DNA of 64,000 nucleotides from Pseudogymnoascus verrucosus (Eukaryota): NCBI GenBank assembly GCA_001662655.1, contig KV460249.1; one strand, 5' to 3'. Shown piece by piece: positions 50,401 to 64,000 of this stretch (position 1 is its first letter; each line of letters starts with the position of its first letter). The notes under the pieces were generated by a model. It saw only the letters and a program-made list of their open reading frames with translations, ran no database searches and was not told where the DNA came from. The position numbers and the translations under genes were made by a program.

Positions 50401-53400
50401 CCTATAGAGAAGTGGAATGAGGTTAATTGTAGACATAATAGTAGCACGTGTGCTAATTTCAGTCCTTAATGCTGTAGGTACGACAATATATAATATGTTT
50501 CTAGAGAGGTAGAGTATAACTATAATAGCTTTAAATCTTATGATTGCACCTATAAAAAGAAGTCGCTTAAAGAGGTAAGGATAGATAAGATTCTTTAAAA
50601 TGAAAAGATGTAAAGTGTGTAGCTAGGTACACCTAATGAGCTGATATCTAAAACGAAAGATAAGCTAGGTCGCAATTAAACATCTAGTAATAATTGTATA
50701 CTATAGAGGTATAACTATCTTAGCTTAGACAAACGCATCATACTATAATAGTATCTTAGTTTCAATCTAAGTTAACGCTATAATCTGTAAAAGTTTTATA
50801 AGTTGCTAGAATTCAATAAAGCTGTAAGTTAGAAATGAGATGATTTTGGTTATATAGGCAACTTTCAGCACGTAGGCCTAGATCTTGCCTACTACTAGCG
50901 TAAGGGGGCCTGTTTAACAAGGTTAATTACTATAGGTTTTTAGTTTGCTAGGGTAACGCTATGTTCTCGCAAAATGTCGCTGCTACAATTAACCTAACTA
51001 CATACATACGTAAAATTGTAATTAGGGCTTGTAGAGATCTCCTAGGACCACATCATACATTATAGAAGAAGAACGTCTAAATTACGACCTAGATAGGAAG
51101 CTTTAGGTTACAACGAGACGAAGATTGCGCGAACAGTTTTGTAGGCGGAGAAATAACTTATTTAAGAGTGCTACTTCTATTAGCTTAGCCTATAATGCAG
51201 ATATATACGTCTTAGTCTTTCGTTATAGCAAGTATTTTACGTTTAAGACTATAGACTAGCTATCTTAGCCTCCTTTCCTAACAGAGATTGTATAGATGTC
51301 TATATCTGCAATTATAACTTTATTGCTAATTCACTAAGGACCATAACACATTAGATATAAATAAGAATACTTTAGTGAACTACGTAGGAAGGATCTTAAG
51401 TAAAGATAGGGAAGTAGCTACGAGAAACATAAGAGTACCACTGCCTCTGTAACTTTAACTATAGTAGATTTGTCTGCTCGTTAAATTAACTAGCATTCAT
51501 TATATATTTCTATAAAACTATAGTAAAAACAAGATTAATGGCAACATAGCAACAATGAGAATAGGTGTAGTATAGATAGCAACGCTTAAGGTATAGCTTG
51601 TAGTAGCGTAGCTAAAGTTTAAAGGCGCTAGGCCTATATTAAGAAGTACACTCAACAAAGTAGCTATAAGATTATGCGTAGTTAGAGTATACGCTGTTAC
51701 TTTGCTCTCTCCATTAAGTTGTATCTAGGTTCTAGAGCTAGCCTAACATTAGAAACGTAATTAGCATCTAGGAGCATAACTTACATTACTGTCTCTATCT
51801 TAGTCTACGCCTCGTTAAGAACAGCTCTAGTGAAAACAAGGCTAATATCAACACTAGTACTCCTGCTATAGAATTCCTTATGTTGCCTAAGAGCCGTAGG
51901 TAGTAGAGGACTCTAAACAAAACGCATGTCTCTAATATATTATATTACTGCCACCTAGCTCTCTAACATTCTACTGCTGTCGATTAGGTAGAGGACAAAT
52001 TCTAATTAACGAGGTCTATAGATTAAAGTAATTCGATTAAACTAAGTATCTATAGCATAGGCATATAATGAGCCTCATAAAGGTAGCCATTAATATTAAC
52101 ATGGCAAGCTCGATAAAGGTAGCCATTAATAACACAGTAGTAGGCGTAGTAAAGGTTGTAGGCTGCAAACTGTTAATAAAATGACTGCTGTTAGGGAATG
52201 GCCACCTTTATAGTAAGGCCTATGTTATCTCTGCTTTTATTATATAACACACGAATATAATTATAAGTTATTTCGTCGCTATTACATTCTGTTTATTATA
52301 GAAGGCAGTAGCAAGAAGCGTAAGGATACTAATATAACAATTCTAGAACAGAACGCTAAAAAAGAAAAAGATGCTAAAGATGACCTTGAAGTAGCTAAGG
52401 GCAACCGACTTAATGTCTATAATGAAGCTGAAAAGAGGAAGCGTTTATACACTACTCTTAAGGCTAAGGTAGCGGAATTCCTAAGGGAGATAGGCTAAGA
52501 ACCTACTAATATTGCTAAGGACAGAGACGCTATAAAGAAAGCAGTGAATAACATAAAGACTAAACTAAATGAGGTAGAGGAGGCATATTCTAAAGCGGTA
52601 GAAAACTATAAAAAAGCCTATGAGAATAATAGAGCAGATGACCTAGCTGTTAAGGTATAGGAGGAGCGCCTCTAAGACGATCTTAACATTGTAGAGGGTA
52701 ACCTCGCGAGTCTTAGGGAATATCTTGCTAAGACAAAGACAGTTCATAGCAATCTTGCTACTAGATATAAGGAGGAAAAAACCCCTAAGCTGAAAACTAA
52801 AGTTTAAATACAGAAGAGACGCTTCGAGATTACTAAGGAGGATATTAGAAAGGCTAAGGTTGAAATTAGAGACCTTAAAATGAAGCAAAACGATGGCGGA
52901 ATGTTAGACGTAAGTAATGGTAAAGATGTAGACAATAATCTCGTTGACGATAGGTTATTTGTCTCTAGAGATGAAGGTAATCAAAGCGAAAAAGGCAATA
53001 ATAACAACGAAGACATAGATCTAGAAGATATCTAGAGTCCTACGCTTGTAAGGAAAAGGGCTAGACTAGGGAAAGACATCTTCTATATCGAAGGGTATAG
53101 GGATAGCAGACTAGCTAAGGTCATTACTAGACGTGGTCTGCTAAACGCATTAAGCTTTAGGCTTAAAAACGAGTCTAATTACGCAGTAGACAGAAAGACA
53201 GATATTGATATTACGAAGAACAGAATTAGAGATGAGAAAATCAGTAGTAAATGGCTATATAGAAAGAAAAACCTACTAGTTATCTAAGGGATTGCTTTGC
53301 CTCCTAGTGGTTTAGTAGAGTCTGTTATGCTAATTCTAAAAGTGCCCTATAGGACGTTTTAGTAAAGAGCAGCACTAACAGCAATTAAGGTTAAGTAGTG

Positions 53401-56400
53401 GCTTAGTAACAATAGCTATGCTAAGTGCTAGGAAACTAGGTCGACAATCCGTCGCGTCTTTAGAAGAGTTTAAGGAGACATAGCAATATATAAAGCAGCT
53501 AAATTCTAAGAGAAGCGATACATAGAATGGTTAAGTGGCTACTATAGGGATATAGGTCAATCTCCCTTAGCACGTCCTAGCAGCTTATAAGTTCACTTCG
53601 ACAGTAGCGATGACGATAACGATGGCGATACTAATGATAAACCATAGAAAGTAGGTAAAACTAAAAAGAAGTAGGGAGAACCTAAGATTAAGAAGGAGCT
53701 AGGTAAAGATGAGCTAGGTGAGCTAACGTAGGGCGCTATAGACATATTTAAAGCTCGTTAGTGTAAACGCAGAAATATCAACCTAGTAGACATGATAGAT
53801 GCATAAGACTTCGAATTTGCAGCAGCCTAGCAAGAGGCTCTTAAGTCTAAACAAGCTTAATTTCTTTGATTTTACTTAACCTGTTATTACTATATTTCGA
53901 TAGTTAAATGTTTGCCTTTTTAGTCTAGATCTATCCTTAACACAGTCCTTATAGCTTCTTAAATCTAGTTGCAATTAAACGGTCTCCTTTAGTAGGTAGC
54001 AAAGCATTTTATTTATAATACAATTAATAAATACTCTATAACGGCAACATAAATCTAAGTAAGTGTATAGTGTAGGGTACTGTTTATGTTTATTCCTTAA
54101 AACAGAAGCATATTAGTACGTGTAAACAAAACGATGTAGAATTTCAGATAATTACATTAGCATTAACTACTAATCTAAATTGACATTTGCTATATAGAGT
54201 TCCTCCCCTTTTAAGTCTTAGCCCTAGCTTCAATTAACTTCGTTAATAGTATATAGACGTTTTACATCTACTATAAAGGGGTTAGGCCTTATAAGGACTA
54301 GCCTAACTTAGCAGTTAGGAATAGAGACATCATTTATATATGCTAGAAGCAAGTGGATTTGCTTAGAAGGAGGCTTTGTTATAAATCGACGCTATATATT
54401 AGGAAACTTTTGCTAAATTCTTGTCTTCTCATCTAAGTATTCTCGCCTTTTTACTGTTGAATTCATGTCTCTATATAATGATAACATAGTTAGCGTGTAA
54501 TTAGTTAGTAGAGTTAACTTATACAGGTCTTCTTATAGCGTTTTTACAAACATAGAGTAACGTTTTATTACAGTATCTGCAAGTATAGCTTTATATTCTT
54601 AAAGATGCTACTTTTGAAGTTTAGAGTTACCCCTATCTGTTACCCCTATGTATTACTCATTTTGCGTTACCCCTCTTACGTTACCCCTCTTGCGTTACCC
54701 CTCTTACGTTACCCCTTACGTTACCCCTACGCCTTACCCTTATACGTTACCCTTATACATTACCCTTACGCCTTACCCTTACATGTTACCCCTACGCGTT
54801 ACCCCTATACTTATCCCTAAACGTCACCTCTTCTCGTTTCCCTTATAAATTATTTAGTATGTTATAACCTTTGATATATTAGTTGAATTAAGCTAGAACG
54901 AACGTGATCTATACATTTTCCAACCCCCTAGCTAGAGAAATCGAAAATTCTTAAGGCTTCGCCATTATAGATCTGAGACAGATGCTAAATGTATATAAAA
55001 GTAATTAGTATGAAGGTTTTAGGATGGAACCTAGTGGCATGAACACGTTGCATTTGTTTTTGAATTTCTTATGTCTAAGTAACTACGAAAGCAAGAATCT
55101 AGAATAGCTACTCTAATACTATAAAGATAAAATACTACTAAATGCTAATGGGATTCCCTCTTGTGCATTGCTGCCCTTTTCACACGGCGCTTTCGTTGAT
55201 AATTGAAAACAAGAATAAGAATTAATATAACTATAATGACAGTAATAACAATTCTAGCAATTCCCCCTTTGCTAATAGTGTTTTGTAATTTATATGTGGA
55301 ATTTTTAAGCTTTTAGGTAGGGATCTAGCCTCTATATTTATTTATGTTAAGAGTGATTCGTTGATCTAAGATGTTTACATACCCTAGAATGGAAAACATG
55401 TTTCTTTGAGCTTTATTTTATTGTAGAGAGAGTTGATGTTGCTAATGTAAAAAAACGTTACCCCCTTATCTTATGTACTTAATATACATCTAAATTTTAA
55501 CATTAGCGACTATCCTTATGTGCTATTCCTACATATTACCCTTATACGTTACCCTTATACGTTACCCTTATACGTTACCCTTAGACGTTACCCTTAGACG
55601 TTACCCCTTCTTACATCATACAGACACTTATAAAGCGCTATATCGTAGTCTTTAATGAGCATCTCGTACAATGCAATTTTGCTAAACTATACTCTTTCTA
55701 TAAGTGCTATCTCTAACTTTGCTATTTCGCGCTTTGCCATTTTCCTATAATCTTGCTCTCTCTAGTGCTATAGCGCTGAATATACAGTTGCAAGTTTACT
55801 AACGCTTGTTCTTGCTTTTTTAATAACCTGCTAATTTTTATAAAAGGGATTTTCGTATTGTTGCCACCTACCTTGCCTATAGGCTTTCCTATATCTAGAA
55901 GACTAGTGACTCTCCTGTAATTCTCGATCGATTTCTTAATAACCCTCGAGGTTTTGTTTATCTAAAGATTTTCACTTTTAAGATACAACTAGACTAAGAC
56001 TGCTTTCTAGAGTTTACGACAGTAGACTAGACTACTACCTTCCCTATTACTATCCTTGATAATATCTACTACAGTTAGTGTTAGTCCTTAAAAGCTCTTT
56101 TAAAGCAATAGAAAACATACTAGTATCTCTATTATCTAATTGCTTTCTCTTATTTTAACTTAGTCTTAAGGATTTGCTAATTCTATCTGTTAGCGCTATA
56201 GCTTAGCTATCATTAGCAGTAATGATTACTTAATCCGCTAGCCTACTTCCACTTTTAATCACACTTGTCTACGTTAATTTAACTAACAACTCTTCGTTAA
56301 AATCAACCTTGCTGTTGCTATAGTCGTTAAGTAATAGATCTCTAAGTTGATCTGTTTTCTTAGATGCCTTAGATTCTTCTCGTGTTAACGAGTTTAAAGA

Positions 56401-56600
56401 TGCAACGCTAGAACTATTAGCTAGTAGGCTATAGGCTAATAGTAGGCAAGCTGCAGCTTTATTCGTGTGTAAAGATAGAGGTCCATCCGTTACATTCTAT
56501 AACCTTAGTAAGACTATGTTTATAAATGTATTCTATTAACTAATGCGCGGACTTAGAAGTAGCTGTGGCAAAATCAAACTAAAAAAGAATGCGAAGTTGA
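44500..56600. pseudogene. Block of several heavily RIP-degraded unidentified gene relics, e.g. an acidic/coiled-coil relic at ~52250-53860 (+) with WETRSTIRR and a relic at ~55620-56500 (-)
   Basis: TpA-rich and CpA/TpG-poor, with codon-like stretches broken by TAG/TAA. No family could be assigned with confidence. Confidence 0.5.
54626..55608. repeat. Two arrays of a degenerate 12-13 bp repeat (CGTTACCCTTATA-like) at ~54626-54810 and ~55536-55608
   Basis: Directly visible in the sequence. Confidence 0.85.
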
Positions 56601-57482
56601 AAAAGAATAGATGAAAGACAGCAGAGGTCTGTCTGTTTATAGTTCTTAGCTAATCTACTTTAATTATAACAGATTATAGTAATCTACTGATTTTCAGTTA
56701 AAGTGTAGGAGTAAGAGGGCAGTGTTACAGAAGACTTTGTCTAGAAAGGAGACGTAACAAGGCATATCTCTTAACATAGCTAGTAGGCGCTTAGAAGCGT
56801 CTAGCAGAGGCACTAAGTCCGCCTTATAACGCTGAACTACAGCTTAAGTCGTTCTATAGACCTTTACTTTCCCTCTTTATACATAAGTAAGTTAGGGATT
56901 CCTATCTAGCTAAGTAGCCATTAACGTAATTTAGGCCTCCTAGAGCCAACCCACCTTCCTTTACTAGCCTCAACTCCTTAATCACTAGGATATACGTGTC
57001 TAAGACTTATTTTTAGCTAATTAGCCCTTATGTAACAGTAGATTATAGTCTAACTTTTCTATAAATCCCTTTACCCTAACATAGCTAAGAGCTATGTATC
57101 CTAATGAGCAACCTTAAGTAGAGGCACTAAGTCTGCCTTATAATAGTAAATTTTAGCTAAAGTTACCCTATAAACCTCTACTTACCTATACATAGCTAGT
57201 AGGCGCTTAGGAAGCGTTAAGTAGAGATACTAAGCCTACCCTATAATACTAAATTACAGCTTAAGTCTTTCTATAGGCCTCTACTTCTCCTTTCCTACAT
57301 ATATAGGTTAGAGCATTCTTGTCTAGCTAAACAATTATAAAGGGGAATTAGGCTCCTTAAACTAGCCTGTCTCTTTGCCTGTTCATCTCTACCTTATCTA
57401 TATACACGTGTTAAAAACTCAATTCTTAATACTAAGAGCAATTTAAGAGTAGTACGTGTAAATTTTGTCTCATTTATGCTAC

Positions 57483-60157
57483 TATAACGCTAGGTCTTAA
57501 CTATAAGACTTATAGAGGTTTCATTACGTTAGTTTACTTAACAGAGGAGGTAGGGGATTAGATATAAAGGCTTTTGTAAAACACGTTATAGTATATAACA
57601 GAATACTATATTAAGTTGAGTACGAAGCTCCTATCTAAGAACTATCTATCTACTTATATAGTAGCGTTATACTAAAGGGAATAGTTAGAATAGTAGACTC
57701 TCTAACTATTCCTACTATTCCTACTAATCTAATTACATGTGTGTTCTATAAGAGGTGCTACACTTATTGTAGGCACTAATTCCTATAGGTGCCTTTCTAA
57801 GGAGGCACCTTACTCTACATAGGTGCCTTTCCTAATAGGCACCTCTCCTTTACTAGGTACCTTCTAAGAAAGGTACCTTTCCCTAGAGGTGCCCTTATTA
57901 ACTAAGCTACCTACAGTCTCTATGTCCATTTCCTACTGCTAATTAGCTGTAAGCTATTTTACCTTATTATTCTATCTTGTAGCATATAGGTTGCATGTCT
58001 TAGCTGTAACACTAGGTCCCCTCCCTTAAGGCCTAGTCCTATAGGCCTTACTAACTAAGAGTCCTACTAGCCTACTTAAGCGTAGTAGGTCCCTTATATT
58101 TATAGGGTAGGCAAGGCTATGACTATGTCTTCCTCTAAACACTTAAAAATCAAAGAACGTAAACTACTCGCTAACTGCATAACCTATAAAGGGGTTAAAA
58201 TGCCTTCCTATTCCTACTATAAGAAATGAGGTCTCTGCTACCTCGCTTCTACATCTTTAAAACGATGTAATGAATGTGTTTGTTTAAATTCTCGCAACTG
58301 TAACGTCTCTAGCCCTTTTACTAGCGACTAGCAGTCACTATAGAAAGAAGAAGATCGTCTTTACCTTGAAACTTACATAACCTATAAAGCTGTAGCAACT
58401 GCTATAGCGCGTCTTAACTACCTTAAGTAATAGTAGGATCTTCTTAAGACCTAAGGTGCTAAGATGCTTTGCTATAGTCTAAAAACCCTTAACGAACTAG
58501 AGGAGGTAGAAGAACGTAAGTAGTAAGAAGCTAAAGCCTATAGTTACCTTACTAGTCCTTCTATAACTAACCTTAGGAGCGCTGCCCCTAAGCACAACTA
58601 CCTATTAGCTCTTTCTCCTAGGTTCTTCAACTACTAGGGTGTCGACAGTAGAACTCCGCTAGTAACTCTAAGCAGCTAAGGTTTCCCCTTAACTCCTATA
58701 AGTTGTCTATAGGTTCGTAGCCTTTCCATTTCACTAAAAACTCTTCTTAGCGTCCTACTAACCTTTTGTCTAGGATTGCCTCAACCTTATATTTAATGAT
58801 CTTATTCTTAGGTTAGAGTTTAGCGTCAGTTGCAATTAGGGTATCCCCTCTTGCTAGTTCTAATAGTAAGACATAAAACACTAGGTAGAGTTTAGAGTTC
58901 TTAGGTAGCTATAGTCTGTAATTAACTAAGCTGACTTTGTTTAATACCTTAAATAGTCCTAATTTCTTAAAGTCTAACTTTATACTTAGTCGTTTCGTTT
59001 TAATATGTTTTTAGAGTAGGTATACTTTATCCCCCTCCTTAAAGGCAGGTTCTATACTATGCTTCCTATTTGTATATGTAGTAGATCGTTCATTTAAGAA
59101 TTAGATGTCTGTTGTAAGTTGTTTATAGAACGATTTCAGTTGTTCTACTACGATTAGGGCTTATTTAGCTTGTGCTTCGTCTAGTCTTAGTTGCCTATAT
59201 GCTTCTAGCTAGTAGCTATAATTAGCAAAGAACGGTGAGACTTTCGTTACTTCTGCTATCGCGCTGTTATATACGAACTGTGCAATAGGTAAAATCTAAA
59301 CCTAATTATCCTGTTAATGATTAACATAACTTCGTAGGTACTATTTAAAGGTTTGATTTAATCTTTCTATTTAGCTGTCTATCTAGGGGTAGAAAGCTGT
59401 TAATAGCTTATGATTTGTTCCTAGTAGAGCCATTAACAATTTCTAGAATTTTAAAGTAAAGAGCTTGTCTCTATCTAAGATAATTTCTTCTAGCATCCTA
59501 TAATCGGCTAATATGACTTAAATAAAGGTATACGTAAGCGCCTTAGTGTTGCTAGCTTCTAGATATAGTACGAATTTCCTATACTTCGTAAGTCTTTCTA
59601 TTATAACGAGGATAGAGTTGTATTCTATTCCTATTAACGGGTCTTTAGAGGGTAGTAGCTTAACGATGAAGTCTAAAGCTATTGATTTCCACGCTCCTTT
59701 TAGTACTAGTGTTAGCTTGAGTTGTCTATAAGGCAAGTGCCTATTAGATTTAGACTTGCTGTAAATGTTACACTCTCTTACTACTGTTTCTACCTACTTC
59801 CTTATACCTAGGAAGTAGTAGTGTCTAGTGATTCGTTTAAAGGTTCGTGTTACTCCCTAATGGCTATATGCTAGTAACGAGTGTTGTTCTTACACTAGCG
59901 GGCGTCTCATTTAACTTAGGACATACACTAATCCCTTATAACGGATTAATCCTTATTCGTTAATGGCGAAATCGCCTTTAACTTTAGTTAAGACTCTCTT
60001 TGCACATTTGTCTATTATATAAGATTTCTTAAGTCTTTCCTTAAGTTCTATATCTTTAACAATAGAGATCGTTGCTAGCAACTCGTTGTACTGTATTCCT
60101 ACGTCTGTTTTTTTTAATATTGCTCTAGGTCTTTCTTCCTTTAGACTAACGTAGTTG
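57483..60157 (-). mobile_element. 3' part of a chromoviral Ty3/Gypsy element (integrase, chromodomain, PPT, 3' LTR 57483-58011), RIP-mutated
   Basis: WKSIALDFIVKL integrase motif, KKLGLFKV (GPY/F) and YKVEAILDKR chromodomain. Purine tract AAGGGAGGGG lies next to the LTR. Confidence 0.92.
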
Positions 60158-63100
60158 TGTTACAGCTGAAACATGCAACCTATATGCCGTAAGATAGAAT
60201 AATAAGGTAAAATAGCTTGCGGCTAATTGGCAGCAGGAAATGGACGCAGAGATTGTAGGTAGCTTAGTTAAGGAGGGCACCTTTAGGAAAAGGTACCTTT
60301 CTTAGAAGGTACCTAGCAAAGGAAAGGTGCCTATTAGGAAAGGCACCTGTATAGAGCAAGGTGCCTCCTTAGAAGGGCACCTATGGGAATCGGTACCTAC
60401 AATAAGTGTAGCACCTCTTATAGGACGCACACGTGATTAGATTAGTAGGAATAGTAAGAATAGTCAGAGAGTCTGCTATNNNNNNNNNNNNNNNNNNNNN
60501 NNNNNNNNNNNNNNNNNNNNNNNNNNNNNNNNNNNNNNNNNNNNNNNNNNNNNNNNNNNNNNNNNNNNNNNNNNNNNNNNNNNNNNNNNNNNNNNNNNNN
60601 NNNNNNNNNNNNNCGAAACCTCTGTGAGTCTTATAGGTTAAGACCTAGCGTTACACTTTAAGCACCACTTCTACGAGGTACCGGCTCATACACAAAGCAA
60701 CATGGCTAGAAACGATTCAGCATCTAACGTAGGGTCGAAGGGCAAGGCAGCTGTCGAGCCTGTCCCGTCACCTACCACTACGCCTACGCCTAGGGGACTA
60801 CACCCCTTAGACAAACTCAAGATTGCATTCCTAGACACCTTCAATAGGGACCGCAAGAAGCTTAAGAGCTTCCTCATCTAGACGGAACTCTAGATGGCCT
60901 TTAACGCTAAGCACTTCGCCTTTAAAGTACAACAAGTCCTATAGGCAGTAGCCCTCCTAAGGGGCTCCGCCTCCGACTAGATCGCCAATTACCTAACGGA
61001 CTACATAAGCCACTAAGCGGCTAACGGAAGAGTCACTACGACGGCTAACTAAGGCACAAAGGATATCTTCATCACTTAGGCTGGCTTCGTTAAGCAACTC
61101 AAGGCGAACTTTAGGGACGTTAACGAAAGAAGAAACGCAGTGCGAGCCCTCGAGGCCCTTAAGTAGAGGGGGTTAGCGGTTACATATACTGCTAAGTTCT
61201 AGCAGCATGCCCCCCTCACTAGTTAGGGAGACGAGGCTATATGCAACTGATACTACAAGGGGCTAAAGGATCATGTGAAGGATGAAATCTCCTAGTCGGA
61301 CAAACTAGATGACCTTAAAGAATTAATTAAGATGGCCTAGAAGATCGACAATCGTTACTACGAACGCCAACTCGAAAGGAAGGGAGGAACAACTAGCCAC
61401 TAATGGACCTAAAAGAGGAGAACTCAGAAGAGTCATTAGCCTTAGCCCATAGAGCTCGACGCTACGTTCAAGCCTAGCGGGAGACCCCGTAACCCAAACA
61501 AAGAGCGACAGCTTAAGGAGCAGTTGTGTTTTAATTGCAACAAGCCAGGCTACATGGCCCAAGACTGCAAGCAACCTAAGAAAGGGAACGGAGGACATAA
61601 GAAGTTCGGGAGACAACTTAACGCCACTTAGAAGGGACAGTTGAACGCCACGTTCGTAAACAAACCCAACTAGGGAATCACTAGCGTTAGCACCCTAGAA
61701 GAAGAGAGCTCGGGCGACGAAGATCTCAACGACTTCGACGCATTGCTCAAGAAGGAGAACGAACTCCTAAACAGGGGATTAACGGAATCCTAGAAACTCC
61801 GGCTAAAGGAGTTTAAAGAAGACGCGAATAAGATTGCATTTAAGGAGAATCTACTAGGAGTGGTTGACGTCTATAGACAAGCCATGCTCTGAAAGGGAAC
61901 TCTAAGAGCGATTCCCGTACTACCGCCCCTAACCGGCTAGCAAGGTACCTAACAAGACTGGGAAGTCGCAATCTACACAATGAGGTGCCGCCCTAGGTAC
62001 CCGTTTAGACAAGAACCTAGGGGAGCAAATCACACCTCGAGTAAGGCCACGATGTAGTTAAAATATAAGCTTGTGGAATACGACGCGCAAGACGAACAGC
62101 AGGAGAACACTTAGGGACCTAAACCCTAGGAACTACGAGCAGACTAAGCTGCTATGGACTACGAACCCACCGATAGAGACGTAGAAAGGTTACGTGTAAC
62201 CATGGAGAAATCTGAGCTCACGGGCAAGACAAAGGAGGAACAGGAATTGACAAAGTTAGATGCATCAAGGATTGATCACCCCTAGCACCCATATATATTC
62301 TAGGAACACTGCAAGTACGATGACTATGAGAGTCACCTACGGAAAAAGACCTAGTATCGACTATTTCTGAAAATCGCACCTTAGGTCTACTTTACGGATA
62401 TAGACCAAATTCATGCCCTTAGACGAAGTCAGTCTAAAGGAGAACTACCGTTAAAGAAACAACAACAGGTATACGAGAAATACCTGCACCTACTAGATGA
62501 AGCAGAAGGATGGGGAGGACAATCTTCCTAAGGACCGCCCATAGAGGATGATGAACATCACTATTACTCCTTAGACAAGTCAAAAAACTAAGAGTCCTTG
62601 ACGGTAGGCCACCGGCGAGTGACAAAGAGAGGCCTAGTACGAAGTAGCTGTGCGCCACGGGAGGCAGCATGCAGCTATATGTGGTCGCTAAGATACAACA
62701 GCGACACCTCCGAGCCATGATTGACTTAGGAGCAACGGGCAACTTTATGACGAAGAAAGTAGCAGACGCTTAAGGTTTCAAAACGCAAATGAAAACCGAC
62801 CCTTACCCACTCATAGTCGTGGATGGAGAGCCCATCTCGACTAACAAGGGGATAGTGACCTACGAGACGGTCCCATTAGAAATGGTCATGCTACGCGGAC
62901 ACAAGGAAACGATCTAATTTGACATTGTACACATAGACAACCATGCATGTATCCTTAGTGTGCCGTAGCTTAAGAAACACAACCCCTAGATCGACTAGTA
63001 GAACGAGAAAGTTGTAATGAGCCAGTGCGCGTGTAAACAACGAACGGACACGCTACAACGGGAGAAACCATCCTAGGGCCGACGCGAGGTGTGTGCGACC

Positions 63101-64000
63101 TCTACAGAGCCTAGTGACCTAGCCTAGGCACCCTCACTAACGAGTATACTAGTGGAGTATAAGGAATACAAGCAGCTATTCTAGGAAGGCCCTAAGAACG
63201 AGGCGCTTCCTAAGCACCAACTATAGGATCATGTGATACCCTTAGAAGAAGGAAAGAGTCCACCGTTCGGACCAATATACTAGATGTCAGCAGATGAGCT
63301 AAAACTGCTAAAGGAATACATTAACGATAACCTTAAGAAAGGATTTATTAGACCATCTAAATCTCCTACAGGAAGCCTAATGTTATGGGTTCCTAAGAAG
63401 GATGGGAGCAAACGACCCTACGTGGACTATCGAGCATTGAACAACATAACAATAAAGGATCGATACGCCTTACCGTTAATCAATGAGTTACACGATAGAT
63501 TCTAAGGAGCTAAGATCTTCACTAAGCTAGATCTGCGTGGCGCGTACAACCTAATCTAGATAGCCGACGGCGAGGAGTAGAAAACAGCATTCCGCACCCG
63601 CTATAGCCTATTCGAATATCAAGTCATGCCCTTTAGGCTAACTAACGCCCCCGCATCTATGCAACGCTTAATGAATGACGCTTTGCATGAATATCTAGAC
63701 ATATTCACCATCGTTTACTTAGACGATATACTAGTATACTTAGCAAACAAGGACGAACATGCTCGGCATGTTAAGCTCGTCCTCTAGAAGCTAAAGGAAT
63801 ACAATCTACTATTAAAGCCAGAGAAGTGCGAGTTCCATAAGAACTAAGTCGAATTCTTAGGTTACATTATCAGAACGCACGGCATCAAGATAGACTAAGC
63901 AAAGGTTACGGCAGTGTTAGAATGGCCAACACCAACCACGGTTAAAGAAGTACAAGCCTTCCTAGGCTTTACCAACTTCTACCGTCAGTTCATTACGGGA
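60158..64000 (+). mobile_element. Second Ty3/Gypsy element of the same family, nested in opposite orientation: 5' LTR 60158-60655 (gap 60480-60613), gag from 60702, protease and RT; runs off the window
   Basis: TGTTACA..GTTACA LTR, CFNCNKPGYMAQDC zinc knuckle, AMIDLGATGNF protease, [16 protein letters not shown] and [10 protein letters not shown] motifs. Many TAG stops. Confidence 0.95.

Noticed and set aside
54626..55608. Interstitial telomeric repeat or CRISPR-like array
   Set aside because: The unit is 12-13 bp with a TTACCC core rather than tandem TAACCC, it has no unique spacers, and the genome is eukaryotic.
44500..56600. Starship captain (DUF3435 tyrosine recombinase) relic
   Set aside because: I could not find recognisable captain motifs by eye. 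An HMM search on de-RIPped sequence is needed.

Overview
This is filamentous ascomycete (Pezizomycotina) genomic DNA. It begins in a core gene, the 3' part of a SconB/Scon-2/Met30-type F-box WD40 gene, and then enters an accessory region that is largely mutated by RIP (repeat-induced point mutation). The main feature is an intact ~13 kb island (9.2-22.1 kb) that looks like a dikaritin-type fungal RiPP (ribosomal peptide) gene cluster. It encodes a Zn2Cys6 regulator, three DUF3328/UstYa-type oxidases with paired HxxHC motifs, an ABCC exporter, and a secreted Kex2-repeat precursor. The precursor repeat is AEAGADEYGAKWA-KR, a Tyr/Trp-containing core I do not recognise from characterised dikaritins; an assembly gap splits it, so the ORF track mistranslates it. 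A CCGCGCG motif recurs in the cluster promoters. The region after ~22.2 kb is mostly RIP-degraded. It contains solo LTRs, a GH18 chitinase pseudogene, and a CSC1/OSCA pseudogene interrupted twice: by a 3.7 kb TIR-less insert carrying an intact membrane-protein gene, and by a hAT element that itself holds a pogo-type MITE. The window ends in two nested Ty3/Gypsy elements. Introns, element ends and de-RIPped translations were read by eye; no database searches were run.
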